From a virus (taxonomy: Duplodnaviria > Caudoviricetes), in IMG/VR virus record IMGVR_UViG_3300028886_000041: 64,000 bases of DNA. The stretch is one strand, 5' to 3'. Positions 36,427 through 46,608 of the stretch are shown in pieces. The notes beneath the pieces are model-generated. The model saw nothing but the letters and a program-made list of their open reading frames with translations. It made no database searches and was not told the origin of the DNA. Position numbers and translations under genes: made by a program. Within the stretch, counting starts at the first letter, position 1; each line of letters begins with the position of its first letter.

Positions 36427-37756
36427 ATTAGATATTACAACAACAAACCCCAATAGGATTTTAGAATATCAAAAACAATATTCGAATTTATTACATATAT
36501 TTTATAATAGATATAAAGAAGGCATATCTCAAACAGAATGTAAACATCTTCAATTTAATAATATTGAATTATTAGATAGTTGGTTCAGACAAAGCTGTAT
36601 ATATGAGGCCATAGCATTATGTAAAAAATTTAAAGATAAATCAATTATATTTGGAGGAAAGAAAAATTTCTTTGATAGATTAAAGAATATTATTAGTAAA
36701 GAAGAATATAATAGAAATAGATTAAGTCCTTTATATTCAATAGGTGAGGGTTCTAATCCAGGCGTAAAAGGGAATAGGAAATTTTTTATACGAGATTTAA
36801 ATACAATAATTTTTAAACCATCTAAGAAAGAAAAAATAGAATTAAAATTTCAAATTAATTCGAAAAAATATAAACAATATTTGCAATTATTAATGTTACA
36901 TCAAGATAAAAAAGACTTATCTATTACTTACAAATTATCTCATGAAAAAATTTGGATAAGTTTTGATGAAACTATTTTAAAAACTGAATTAAAAAATTAT
37001 AATAAAATTCAAAATAGAATAATTAGTATTGATTTAAATCCAAATTATATTGGATATTCTGTTTTAGATTGGTTAGATAGTGAACATTTTAATATTATTG
37101 ATAAAGGTATTTTAAGTTTAAAATATTTAAATGATAAAGAAAATAAAACAAAATGCTCATCTAATGATAAACTGAAAATTTATTTAAATAATAAAAGAAA
37201 TTTTGAAGTATTAGAAATATCTAAATTTCTTATAAATAAAATGAAACATTTTAAATGTTCTTTATTTGCTATTGAAAATCTAAATATTAAATCAAAAGAT
37301 AATGGCAAAGGTCGTAAATTCAATAAACTTTGTAATAATCAATGGTGTCGGACAAAATTAGTTAATAATTTACAAAAATGGTGTAATATATATTCAGTAA
37401 ATTTACTAAAAGTTAATCCTGAATATTCATCATTTATCGGAAATATAGTAAACAGAGAATTGAAATTACCTGATATGATTTTAAGTTCAATAGAAATATC
37501 ACGAAGAGCTTTTGAATTTAATCATCAATATATTTTAAAAGATTGTCCTTTAAAAAAGAATATAATATGGATAGAAATGACTAATTATATTAAAAACAAA
37601 ATTATTCAGTCATTGGAAGAATTGAATATTTGTTGTGATTGGAAAAATCTGTTCGAATTATATTTACACATCAAAAAATCTAAATGTAAATATAGATTTC
37701 CACTAGAAATAGATGGTTTTAAGGCAAAATTATTAAAATATCAATTAATTTTTTAA
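36413..37756 (+). CDS. tnpB: IS607 TnpB-like RuvC protein (no zinc finger)
   Basis: RuvC-I ISIDLNP, RuvC-II AIENL, VNPEYSSFIGN..PD. Confidence 0.85.
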   Translation: MITIKLDITTTNPNRILEYQKQYSNLLHIFYNRYKEGISQTECKHLQFNNIELLDSWFRQSCIYEAIALCKKFKDKSIIFGGKKNFFDRLKNIISKEEYNRNRLSPLYSIGEGSNPGVKGNRKFFIRDLNTIIFKPSKKEKIELKFQINSKKYKQYLQLLMLHQDKKDLSITYKLSHEKIWISFDETILKTELKNYNKIQNRIISIDLNPNYIGYSVLDWLDSEHFNIIDKGILSLKYLNDKENKTKCSSNDKLKIYLNNKRNFEVLEISKFLINKMKHFKCSLFAIENLNIKSKDNGKGRKFNKLCNNQWCRTKLVNNLQKWCNIYSVNLLKVNPEYSSFIGNIVNRELKLPDMILSSIEISRRAFEFNHQYILKDCPLKKNIIWIEMTNYIKNKIIQSLEELNICCDWKNLFELYLHIKKSKCKYRFPLEIDGFKAKLLKYQLIF

Positions 37757-37845
37757 TATTTTTAATTGATTTAAAATTATTTTGCTATTTAAATGTTTAA
37801 TATTTGTAATTATAGGATTATATTTTTTGTTTTGGCTAGAATTAT

Positions 37846-38208
37846 TCATTGTATTACATGCCACACGTCATATTTGGCATATATAGTTTTGATATGTTTA
37901 GTTAATTTTTCTATTTCTTCCAACATATCACTAACAAGATATCCAGATTCTAAATAACAATTTACCCACACGTTTTCTTTATTTGGATCTGCAGTTGATA
38001 TTTTAATGGACCAAATTTTGGGATCTAAGTTATTGAAAAAGTAAAATAAAATCTTGTTAATTAAACACGCACCAATATCAAACCAAATACGTATAGGTTC
38101 TTTGTCATGACCACAACAACTACATGTAGTTTTAAGAGCAGGAATAGTATTTAATGCAATAACAAGATCACGAATTTCAGAATCAATATCTTTTATTTCT
38201 TCAATCAT
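37846..38208 (-). CDS. TYW3-like fold protein
   Basis: IDSEIRDLVIALN...KTTCSCCGH. Confidence 0.6.
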   Translation of the reverse strand: MIEEIKDIDSEIRDLVIALNTIPALKTTCSCCGHDKEPIRIWFDIGACLINKILFYFFNNLDPKIWSIKISTADPNKENVWVNCYLESGYLVSDMLEEIEKLTKHIKTIYAKYDVWHVIQ

Positions 38209-38242
38209 TTTTAGAGTTTCGTTGTGATATTATAGTGCAATT

Positions 38243-38680
38243 TCAAATATATGTTTTTAAATTAGAAATTTTTTCGTCTATTTTTGTTAATTCTTTTATA
38301 ATTTTGGATCTTTTTATATTTAGAATTTTAAGCTTTTTTGAAATTTGTTTCTTTATAATATTTTCAAAATTATCAGAATCAAATAATTGTCGAATAATCT
38401 TCCTATATGTTTTACAAGATACATAAGAATTACCTTGAACACCAACTACCGCGTTATCAAATGTTTGTATATGCCATTTAATAAATTTATCATTATCAAT
38501 GGCAATAAATTGACCCCAATAATTGTCTATCAAATTTTTAGACCACATATCAAATTGAATCCAGCCGTCACTTACATCCCAACATATATCTCTAAGATAA
38601 ATTTTGATTTTGTCTAAATTAACCGTTGCGTATATTTCGCGGGTTTCTTTATTTTCATAATACCTAATTTTAGCTTTCAT
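38243..38680 (-). CDS. hypothetical protein
   Basis: Promoter motif directly upstream. Confidence 0.65.
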   Translation of the reverse strand: MKAKIRYYENKETREIYATVNLDKIKIYLRDICWDVSDGWIQFDMWSKNLIDNYWGQFIAIDNDKFIKWHIQTFDNAVVGVQGNSYVSCKTYRKIIRQLFDSDNFENIIKKQISKKLKILNIKRSKIIKELTKIDEKISNLKTYI

Positions 38681-38700
38681 ATGGTAATTATAATAAAGAG

Positions 38701-39111
38701 TTAAATTACTCTTAATCTATGTAACCCACATTTTGTACAATATTCTTCAACATATACAAATTTCCACCAAAGATGGCCTTCTTGATGATATTTACATATT
38801 TGCCAATCATGATCACAGTCTTCGTTTTGTTCCTTTTTTAAGTTAGTATCAAAACCCGGGGTATGTTGCAACGCAGTAAACACAGTAGAATCAATATGTT
38901 TATTCACCAATTCTTTATCCATATTTGGAAACTTATTTCTATAAAGAGAACGAGTATGAAATGCAATTTTTTCTGCTTCCGATAAATTGCTTATATGTTT
39001 TATGCCTTTATAAATATCAGCATAATGAGCAGGTAATTCAGGAAATTCATCATCTGTTATTTCCATATATCCATATTTTATTCTGAATAATTTTTCTTGG
39101 TATTTGTTCAT
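38701..39111 (-). CDS. hypothetical protein with C-terminal CxHxW..CxKC zinc ribbon
   Basis: CDHDW...CTKCG. Confidence 0.65.
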   Translation of the reverse strand: MNKYQEKLFRIKYGYMEITDDEFPELPAHYADIYKGIKHISNLSEAEKIAFHTRSLYRNKFPNMDKELVNKHIDSTVFTALQHTPGFDTNLKKEQNEDCDHDWQICKYHQEGHLWWKFVYVEEYCTKCGLHRLRVI

Positions 39112-39147
39112 TTTATTTGTTTATCTTTTATTTTTAAGATGGATTGT

Positions 39148-39489
39148 TTAATATGTCCCATCGGTTGCTGGTTTAATTTCATAATCGCCCGTACTATCCA
39201 CGCGATTTTCTTCTATTGGTTTATTTTCAGAATTTTCTTCTTGCGTTTTTGATGATACAACATGAATATGATTTGGATACAAAAGATCTTCATTTATATC
39301 TTGAAAAACTAATGCATCGCATTCTACTATGTCTGCTCTTGGATTATCACGAAGCATAGACATAGCATATACTTTTAATTCATGTTCTAAAGTTTTTCTT
39401 GTAGATTCTGTATTAGGTTTATTCTTATATTTTTCACAAATATCCTCCAATGAAGATTTAAAATTTCCTAAAGTAAACATTTTTGACAT
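39148..39489 (-). CDS. hypothetical protein
   Basis: SD AAGGAG. Confidence 0.65.
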   Translation of the reverse strand: MSKMFTLGNFKSSLEDICEKYKNKPNTESTRKTLEHELKVYAMSMLRDNPRADIVECDALVFQDINEDLLYPNHIHVVSSKTQEENSENKPIEENRVDSTGDYEIKPATDGTY

Positions 39490-39698
39490 GATATTCTCCT
39501 TTTTAATTTAAATGCATAATTGGTTGATTATTTATAAATCATTTCATGTTGTTTATATTTCATATCCTCGGATATTTTATCTAATTCTTTTTGTCTCTGA
39601 TTGAAATTTATATATTCATCTTCATATATTTTATTTCTCTTTCTTGTTTTTGCAAGGACAAGATTCAGCATGAATTTTCTCTTTAGCTTGTTGATAGG

Positions 39699-40088
39699 TC
39701 ATTGCAATTTTTGAAGAAAAACTTTTAGTTTATTTACCAAGTAGTTAACGCATTCTTCTAGGCTTTCCACTTGATCCTGCAGCGATTTAGCCTGTAAAGT
39801 TAGATAATTTTGTTTATTCTTAGGCAATGCTATGCAAGTGTTCTTCCAACTAGTAGAATCGAATTTTAATGATCCAATAAACCAATAGCGGTCATGTCCT
39901 TTCTTTACGCTAGGTTTCCAACAACGATCCGTGTGGTCTATAATTGGTTTACTTTCGAAAACACATACACCTCCATTGTGATCTACTGTAATATATCTCC
40001 AGTCTTCGTATTCGAAGCAGCCTTTGGGTCTACGATCATAAACCTGCATTATTTTATATTTTAATTGTTTTGTTAACTTTCTGCTCAT
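39699..40088 (-). CDS. WIAxDxxG..KP family protein
   Basis: MSRKLTKQLK..YITVDHNGGVCVFESKP..FDST.W, like 2688..3275. Confidence 0.7.
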   Translation of the reverse strand: MSRKLTKQLKYKIMQVYDRRPKGCFEYEDWRYITVDHNGGVCVFESKPIIDHTDRCWKPSVKKGHDRYWFIGSLKFDSTSWKNTCIALPKNKQNYLTLQAKSLQDQVESLEECVNYLVNKLKVFLQKLQ

Positions 40089-40195
40089 GCTATTTTTATC
40101 AATTGTTGCATATTTATATTTTGAAATTTGAGTAATATGCTATGCGTTTTTAAGCATATTTAATACCATAGTTTTAAACTCTTCTTTTGATATTT

Positions 40196-40435
40196 TCATT
40201 TGTTTTTTCCTTTCTTTAATTTTTCAAGAATTCTTTCAACTGGGTAATCAGAGTATAACCATTTAAATGTTTTGCCATTCTTGAGGACAACAATTGTTGA
40301 AACTAAATCAATAGTAATTGGCCAGCTTCCAGTGCTTTCAGTTTTGCTATACACAGCAGCAACTGTAGAAGGTTTTATATGAACACCACCAATTTCAACA
40401 AACTCTTCTTCACTATCAGCTTTCAATTCACTCAT
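40196..40435 (-). CDS. hypothetical protein (single EEFVxI...IKPSxVxAxY domain)
   Basis: Same domain occurs twice in 40428..41279. Confidence 0.65.
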   Translation of the reverse strand: MSELKADSEEEFVEIGGVHIKPSTVAAVYSKTESTGSWPITIDLVSTIVVLKNGKTFKWLYSDYPVERILEKLKKGKNK

Positions 40436-41279
40436 GACAGCCTTTCTTTAATTTTTCAAGAATTTCATCAGCTGTATACCGACTTGCTGGAAATATAACT
40501 TTACCACCATATTTAAGTGTTACACATATTGCATTATGTTCATAGTTTGTATCTGCATATATAGCTACTGCATATTCTGGTCTTATATATGCTGTCATAT
40601 ATGTATTTCCAATCTTGATAAAACTTTCTTTGTTTTTCTCTAAGAAATCAAAAACATCAGCAGCAAATGCATGCTTTGTTTTAATTTCTTGGCCTCCTTT
40701 CAATAGAATTTTGATACAAGGATATTCAAAAACCTCTTCGTATATAGCAACTACAGCTGAAGGTTTTATATAATTATTGTTGATTTTAACAAATTCTTCT
40801 TCGGTGGAATCTGGTGAATATTTCACAGCTTTCTGAATTTGTTCTTCCGACAATTCAGCTCCTTCAATATCTTTCAATTCAGAAACATATTTGGTTTTAT
40901 TATTAGGTTTATAAATTTTATATGCAAATTCTAGCGCTCTTTCTTCTCTAAGCTCTTTATCTAAACGCTCAAAAATTTCTTTAGCTTCTTGTACTAACTC
41001 TTGTGCAAATTTTTGCGACGGCTGTGCCCAAACTGTTTCTACAAAGCTAATATTATATATACTATCCTTATAAGAAAATACCATTTTATAACAATTATTT
41101 ACTAGATGCTTAATGCCGAAATATGCATCTCCATTAAAATCGAAATGTTTGTAAGAATAGTCTTTTATATATGTACTTGCGGCATAAGCTTCTATTTCTT
41201 TCAAACAATCCAAAAAACCATCTATAGTGGCAAATTTAGATAATATCTTTTTTAAGTCTGTTTCGTTTTGTTTTGTCAT
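40428..41279 (-). CDS. modular hypothetical protein (MTKQ domain plus two IKPS domains)
   Basis: N-terminus like 48439..48945. Confidence 0.7.
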   Translation of the reverse strand: MTKQNETDLKKILSKFATIDGFLDCLKEIEAYAASTYIKDYSYKHFDFNGDAYFGIKHLVNNCYKMVFSYKDSIYNISFVETVWAQPSQKFAQELVQEAKEIFERLDKELREERALEFAYKIYKPNNKTKYVSELKDIEGAELSEEQIQKAVKYSPDSTEEEFVKINNNYIKPSAVVAIYEEVFEYPCIKILLKGGQEIKTKHAFAADVFDFLEKNKESFIKIGNTYMTAYIRPEYAVAIYADTNYEHNAICVTLKYGGKVIFPASRYTADEILEKLKKGCHE

Positions 41280-41316
41280 TTGTAAATTATTTTTTGATTT
41301 GATATAAGAGAGTTAT

Positions 41317-41544
41317 TTATTTTAAATAAATAGCATCTGCGTAATACCATAAATCGCGTATTTTATTTTGAATATCATCAATAGTATTATTTCTATCCTC
41401 GATCTCTTCTTCTAATTCGCGAATATTTTGTTCTTTATCTTTTAATTCATTTTCCAAATTATAAATTTGATTTTCTAAATCACTAATTTGATGTTCGAGA
41501 TCATCAATTTTAGATCGCAATTCTTCTATTTCTAAATCGTTCAT
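41317..41544 (-). CDS. coiled-coil protein
   Basis: Heptad IxDLExx repeats. Confidence 0.65.
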   Translation of the reverse strand: MNDLEIEELRSKIDDLEHQISDLENQIYNLENELKDKEQNIRELEEEIEDRNNTIDDIQNKIRDLWYYADAIYLK

Positions 41545-41576
41545 TATTGTATTATAAAAGAGAGTTAAAATTAATT

Positions 41577-41801
41577 TTAACTCTCTTTAAATTTGCGGAT
41601 TTTTTCAACAATGCCTTGATATACAATAATTAAAATATCTAATTCGGCATTTGTACATTTTTCTAAATCAGGAAGTGATAAATTAGCTCCTGCTATTGCT
41701 TTTAAAATATAATCAGGAAGTTCAGGTGGCCAATTATCACCTGCTCTGATTATTTGTTCGTAATTTTTTTCGCTTTTTGATTTTTGATTTTCGTTTTTCA
41801 T
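41577..41801 (-). CDS. hypothetical protein
   Basis: Operonic ORF. Confidence 0.55.
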   Translation of the reverse strand: MKNENQKSKSEKNYEQIIRAGDNWPPELPDYILKAIAGANLSLPDLEKCTNAELDILIIVYQGIVEKIRKFKES

Positions 41802-42274
41802 TTTTTTATTGATTTTACTATAATCATTGCACTTAAAACACTAGAGGCCAAGAAAATAGAAAAGTATAAATGAGGGAGAGGTTGCCCGGAAGGAGTATAT
41901 GGTTTATCAATAATAGTTACAGAAAAACTTATACCACCATTACCATTGCCACCTATTTTATACAATTGAATACCATTTTCTGTTTTAGAAGTAGTCATCT
42001 TTAAAACAGTACCATTCTTTTTCTGTTTAACAAATCTTACTTCGTCACCTTCTTTAAATTCTAAAGCTTTCTTTAAATCTTCTTCGGTAAGTAAAAAGAA
42101 AGTTTTATCATTATTAAGATAATATCCAAAGCCGGTGGTATCACCAGATACAGTCAATCCAACTGTTGTATCACTATCAAAAATAATAGCATGTTTACCG
42201 TTATTAAAGGTAAATGAAGCAAAACAATTAAGTGTTGCTAATAAGATAAAAATAAAAAATAGTTTGTTCTTCAT
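41798..42274 (-). CDS. exported protein with C-terminal GQPLP-TM-basic sorting-like signal
   Basis: Signal peptide; PSGQPLP, hydrophobic helix, KSIKK. Confidence 0.65.
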   Translation of the reverse strand: MKNKLFFIFILLATLNCFASFTFNNGKHAIIFDSDTTVGLTVSGDTTGFGYYLNNDKTFFLLTEEDLKKALEFKEGDEVRFVKQKKNGTVLKMTTSKTENGIQLYKIGGNGNGGISFSVTIIDKPYTPSGQPLPHLYFSIFLASSVLSAMIIVKSIKK

Positions 42275-42282
42275 GTAAAAAT

Positions 42283-42963
42283 TTATTTGTTTTTCTCTTT
42301 TATATTAAGATACAAAAGTTTAATCAACTCATCTGCAATTTTAGCGCAGCATTCATTAGCCTCAAACCATGTTTTTTCAAAATATCCTATAAAAATTTTA
42401 TTATAAATTGATTCTGTATATCCAAACCAATGCAAAAGCATTTGAAGCCGCTGCACCGCGCTATATTCCATGAGGGGCTTAAAAATTTTCCAATTAATTA
42501 GCGTATTTTTAAAGTCTTCAAAATTTTTGCTATCTTTTACCATTTTCTCTACATCTGAAAGTAAAGACAAATCTAGATTGCTTTTGTTCCATTGTTTGAT
42601 AGCTTCTTCCATAGTATCAAACATTAAATTTTTTTCAAGTTTACTTTTAAGATATACATTATTTTCTTCCTCATCATCATCCAGATAAAACGAACTAGGA
42701 CAAGTACAATAAAATTTTCCTGTTGCTTTACTTATTCTTAATTCTGGTAAACACCAGCATTCACTACAATGAATAATAGATTTATTCAATAACCCTGCCT
42801 CATAATATTCTAATTCATCTTTTTCTTCTGGATCATACCAAGAAACATGATCAATAGTCACTGGTTCATTGTTTGACATGTAAATCTTATGCTGACGTTT
42901 TGTTTCATCAACATATGACCAAATAAGTTTCCAATCTTTAGAATTTTCTGGTTTGATAAGCAT
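42283..42963 (-). CDS. zinc-ribbon protein, Lar-like motif, paralog of 20904..21530
   Basis: CSECWCLP..GKFYCTCPSSF..FDTMEEAIKQWN. Confidence 0.55.
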   Translation of the reverse strand: MLIKPENSKDWKLIWSYVDETKRQHKIYMSNNEPVTIDHVSWYDPEEKDELEYYEAGLLNKSIIHCSECWCLPELRISKATGKFYCTCPSSFYLDDDEEENNVYLKSKLEKNLMFDTMEEAIKQWNKSNLDLSLLSDVEKMVKDSKNFEDFKNTLINWKIFKPLMEYSAVQRLQMLLHWFGYTESIYNKIFIGYFEKTWFEANECCAKIADELIKLLYLNIKEKNK

Positions 42964-42964
42964 T

Positions 42965-43240
42965 TTATTTTCTAATTTGTTGACATAAAGATTCTAATTT
43001 CTTTATATCTTCTAATTTAATTTCAAATTCATCATATCCACAATGAGTATATTCATTTTTAAAAATATATCTTAAAGCATTTTTAATTCGTTTCCAAAAT
43101 GAATTATACGGCTTAAGATAAACTTCAAAAGATAAACCATCTTCGCAAATATGCCATCTTAAACTATGATAAGGCGAATTACACCAACATTCTGTATATA
43201 ATACTGGCTTGGTATTTTCGGGTATTTTAATTGTTTCCAT
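42965..43240 (-). CDS. conserved phage hypothetical protein (ECxC...H, FWKRIKxAxRYIF)
   Basis: Motif. Confidence 0.65.
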   Translation of the reverse strand: METIKIPENTKPVLYTECWCNSPYHSLRWHICEDGLSFEVYLKPYNSFWKRIKNALRYIFKNEYTHCGYDEFEIKLEDIKKLESLCQQIRK

Positions 43241-44448
43241 TATGATGCTTTGAAATTATAAAAAGGTTTTAAATGTTTAATAATATCTGCTGTTTCTTTA
43301 ATTGATTCAGCGATAAATTCTGGATTTTTATATGCCATAGGGGATTCATCAAGAGTACTTTCTTTAACACAGCTTGACCAAACACCTTCCATACTATTTT
43401 TAAAGTCTTCCATATTTAATTCTTTTTTAGCAGAAGTGCGTGACCCGATACGGCCAGCGCCGTGAGGTGCGGAATAATTCCAATCGGGATTACCTTTACC
43501 AATACATATATATGTTCCAGCAGCCATATTCATAGGAAGTAAAAAGATTTCATTTTCTTTTGCAGAAACTGCACCTTTTCTAATGACATATTTATCACTA
43601 TCAATAATTTCTACATAGTTATGCATTGTTGAAATAGAATTTCCTTCAATACTTAAATGAGATTTATTCCATCCCATATTATCAAAAATTGTATTGAAAA
43701 TAGCATAATGGTTCCAACTAGCATACGTCTGAGCAATAGACATATAAGAAAGATAATTAGTTGCATCTACTCCATCCAAATACATATAATCTTTTTTGAT
43801 GTCTTCAATAAAAAATTGCTTTATATAAGCTTCTCGTTTAGAAGGTTCTATTGCTTCTAGTTCAGATTTTTTAACTTGCTCATTGCGTTCTTTATATCTA
43901 GCTTCTGCTAATTGTTGAAAATGTTCACATATCTTATATCCGAAATGTCTAGAACCACAATGGATAAGCAAATATTTTTCATCTTCATTGCCTTCTACTG
44001 ATATAAAGTGATTACCACCACCTAGTGTTCCTATAGAATTTTTAAAATGTTCTACTTTATCTAAACATTCATCTGGGGTAAATTCTTCAACAATATCAAA
44101 TACATCTTCCGAAATATAAGATGACTTTGTTTTTCTTATAGAATTGCCTGATGGAACATTGTTTCTTATAACATTATCTAATTTTGCATAATCGATATCA
44201 TTTACAGGAATTTTATAAGCAGATACCATACAACCAATATCTACACCGATTGTATTAGGTATAACCATGCCATTATCAACTATTGCTGTAAAACCAATAC
44301 AAGATGCTTTACCAGCATGAGCATCTGGCATAATTTTAATAATAGCATTATTTAATGCTTTTTGTGATGCAATTTCATTTGCTTGATTATATGTTTCTTC
44401 GTCAAACAAAATAGAATCACCTTTAAATTGTAAACATTTAGCTGGCAT
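43240..44448 (-). CDS. rtcB: RtcB 3'-phosphate/5'-OH RNA ligase
   Basis: MPDAHAG, GVDIGC, GTLGGGNHF, IHCGSR, HNY, RKGA, SAPHGAGR, DESPMAYK. Confidence 0.95.
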   Translation of the reverse strand: MPAKCLQFKGDSILFDEETYNQANEIASQKALNNAIIKIMPDAHAGKASCIGFTAIVDNGMVIPNTIGVDIGCMVSAYKIPVNDIDYAKLDNVIRNNVPSGNSIRKTKSSYISEDVFDIVEEFTPDECLDKVEHFKNSIGTLGGGNHFISVEGNEDEKYLLIHCGSRHFGYKICEHFQQLAEARYKERNEQVKKSELEAIEPSKREAYIKQFFIEDIKKDYMYLDGVDATNYLSYMSIAQTYASWNHYAIFNTIFDNMGWNKSHLSIEGNSISTMHNYVEIIDSDKYVIRKGAVSAKENEIFLLPMNMAAGTYICIGKGNPDWNYSAPHGAGRIGSRTSAKKELNMEDFKNSMEGVWSSCVKESTLDESPMAYKNPEFIAESIKETADIIKHLKPFYNFKAS

Positions 44449-44761
44449 GTCTTTCCAATTTCTTTAGTAATGAAACTGCTTCGTTAAACGAATTTTTATA
44501 TATTTTTTTATATTCAATTAAAATTCCAATTGCACCAATTAATTCAAAAAACGAAGCTATCGCTGCTCCGATATTAACAAAAGAAACCCAAGTAACTGGG
44601 CGATTATAAATGATATTAGTCATTAATATGATTAATATCATTATCATATATCCGATTGATAAAATTGCCTTTTGTATACGAGTAGATGCATCCCTGAAAA
44701 GGGCTGATTGAGCTTCATATTGGCCTTCAATTTTAAATCGCTCTAATTCTTTTTTATTCAT
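44438..44761 (-). CDS. 2-TM membrane protein
   Basis: Hydrophobic segments. Confidence 0.6.
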   Translation of the reverse strand: MNKKELERFKIEGQYEAQSALFRDASTRIQKAILSIGYMIMILIILMTNIIYNRPVTWVSFVNIGAAIASFFELIGAIGILIEYKKIYKNSFNEAVSLLKKLERHAS

Positions 44762-44781
44762 ATTTTAAATTTAAAGAAGAG

Positions 44782-45306
44782 TTATTTTACTCTTCTTCCT
44801 TTTACCATAACTTTTGGTAGGTAAGTTTCTGTATAATCTCCATATCCATCATAATCATAATGACATGTAGTCCATGGTATTACTTGAAAACAATTATCAT
44901 TTTTATTCCATACATAAACCTGATCACCGCAAAGATTTTTTTGACAATACTTATACCATGTTTTAAATTCATTATCATATTCTGCTAAGATCCAGGGAGA
45001 TTCAATATCGATCTTTTCACTTTTCAGATTAAAAGGAACCATTACATGTTTCTTAAAAAGATATGTATAATAAACTCCCTCTGGTTTTGTTTTATCGGGT
45101 GCAACATACACAAGAGGAATATACAATATCTCTTTGTTTGCGAATGATTTAATTTCTATCTCATTGATAGGAATAACAGTTTCAATCGGCTTGATTTGCT
45201 GATCTGAATGATCGGATTTCCTAGAAGAATCCAATACATAAATCGTGAAACATACAAAAAGAATCATGATAGTTGCATAGAGGTAATTAATTAATTTATT
45301 CATCAT
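44782..45306 (-). CDS. membrane-anchored hypothetical protein
   Basis: N-terminal TM helix. Confidence 0.65.
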   Translation of the reverse strand: MMNKLINYLYATIMILFVCFTIYVLDSSRKSDHSDQQIKPIETVIPINEIEIKSFANKEILYIPLVYVAPDKTKPEGVYYTYLFKKHVMVPFNLKSEKIDIESPWILAEYDNEFKTWYKYCQKNLCGDQVYVWNKNDNCFQVIPWTTCHYDYDGYGDYTETYLPKVMVKGRRVK

Positions 45307-45336
45307 ATTTTTATTTTATTATTGTTTATTGAGATT

Positions 45337-45534
45337 TCAATGTTTATTAATTTTTTCGTTTAAAATTTTAAGTTGTTCGTGTATATCATCTAATGATTTC
45401 ATGATGATAGGATCATCAGAAGGTTCTATTTCATCCGAAATAACGTTTCCAATAATATCAAATGTAAGAGAAGATATCAAACCAAAAAGAGCACCAACAA
45501 CAGCCGCCCAAGATACTGTAAAGAAATGTTTCAT
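45337..45534 (-). CDS. small membrane protein
   Basis: TM helix plus coiled tail. Confidence 0.55.
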   Translation of the reverse strand: MKHFFTVSWAAVVGALFGLISSLTFDIIGNVISDEIEPSDDPIIMKSLDDIHEQLKILNEKINKH

Positions 45535-45827
45535 TTATTTTTATGAAAGTGTAAATTAAATTTAATATCCAAGTCCTCCAGATCTACTCCTATAACACCT
45601 TTATTTCCCTTTTCGTCGATATATTTAACATCAAAATATTTTTTACTATTACCTATAATATCTTTAATGATAATATTTTTAAGATTGATTTTATTTCCCT
45701 TATGATCAATGCCTGTGATATTTATTGTTTCATCTGCACCACAACAAAAATCAGCAGCCGCTTCGACCGAATGAAAATTACGCATTACACTATATGATAC
45801 TCTACTTACCCAATCGAATTTTCCCAT
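45531..45827 (-). CDS. hypothetical protein
   Basis: SD AAGGA. Confidence 0.6.
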   Translation of the reverse strand: MGKFDWVSRVSYSVMRNFHSVEAAADFCCGADETINITGIDHKGNKINLKNIIIKDIIGNSKKYFDVKYIDEKGNKGVIGVDLEDLDIKFNLHFHKNK

Positions 45828-45869
45828 ATATTTCCTTACATTATTTGTTTATTTTTAATTTTTGTATAA

Positions 45870-46103
45870 TCATTTTTGCCTTTGTTTAAGATCTTGAATG
45901 TCTTTTTGAATATCAACCAATACCTTTTCTATATTAGTTTGGTTTTGTTGTTCTTGTTTTTCTTCTTTTATATCAAATTGAGATCCAATTAAAATTATGC
46001 CAATTATAATAGCAAAATATATACCTATTTGTACTAAAAATTCGTTATCGAGTAACCCCAAATCATCAAGATCCTCTTCTTTTGGTTTTGTATATTTGGA
46101 CAT
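45870..46103 (-). CDS. small membrane protein
   Basis: SD AGGAGG; one TM helix. Confidence 0.6.
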   Translation of the reverse strand: MSKYTKPKEEDLDDLGLLDNEFLVQIGIYFAIIIGIILIGSQFDIKEEKQEQQNQTNIEKVLVDIQKDIQDLKQRQK

Positions 46104-46254
46104 TTTATCCTCCTATTTTTAAGTTCGTTTGATCGAAAATGCAAACACAATCCATGGCATTCTTTTTATTCAATTCAGTTCAACTTGAATCAAATAATAC
46201 TCTTTAATCGTTTTGACTGTTTTTGATAAGTACATTATCTTGTATTTTAATTAA

Positions 46255-46608
46255 TTATTTTTTACTATCATCTTTAAATAAAGATTTCAATTCATCCAAA
46301 TAATTCATTTCATCAGATGAATCATTACTGATTAAAATTTTCAATACATGATAAATATAGTAAAAACATAAGAATCCAAACAACAAAGTTGCTATCCATG
46401 CAAGACAAGGTAATGTTTCAAAAAATCCTAACTCGTATAAACAATATATACATGATGCACTAATCCAAAAAGGAGAAGCCGCAAGGGTTAAAAATATCCC
46501 AACATAAAGTAGAGATATAATTAAAACAGGAAGGACCAATAATATATTCAATAATGCTTTAGCAGTAAAATCAAATATTTTATCTATAATTTCAATTGTT
46601 TTATTCAT
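46255..46608 (-). CDS. membrane protein
   Basis: Multiple hydrophobic segments. Confidence 0.6.
   Translation of the reverse strand: MNKTIEIIDKIFDFTAKALLNILLVLPVLIISLLYVGIFLTLAASPFWISASCIYCLYELGFFETLPCLAWIATLLFGFLCFYYIYHVLKILISNDSSDEMNYLDELKSLFKDDSKK

Larger units (their letters stand above)
35700..37840 (+). mobile_element. IS607-family insertion sequence (ends approximate)
   Basis: Overlapping serine recombinase and TnpB genes on the opposite strand to all neighbours. Confidence 0.85.

Noticed and set aside
36413-37756. Cas12/Cas14 effector
   Set aside because: No CRISPR array nearby; it is directly coupled to an IS607 recombinase.
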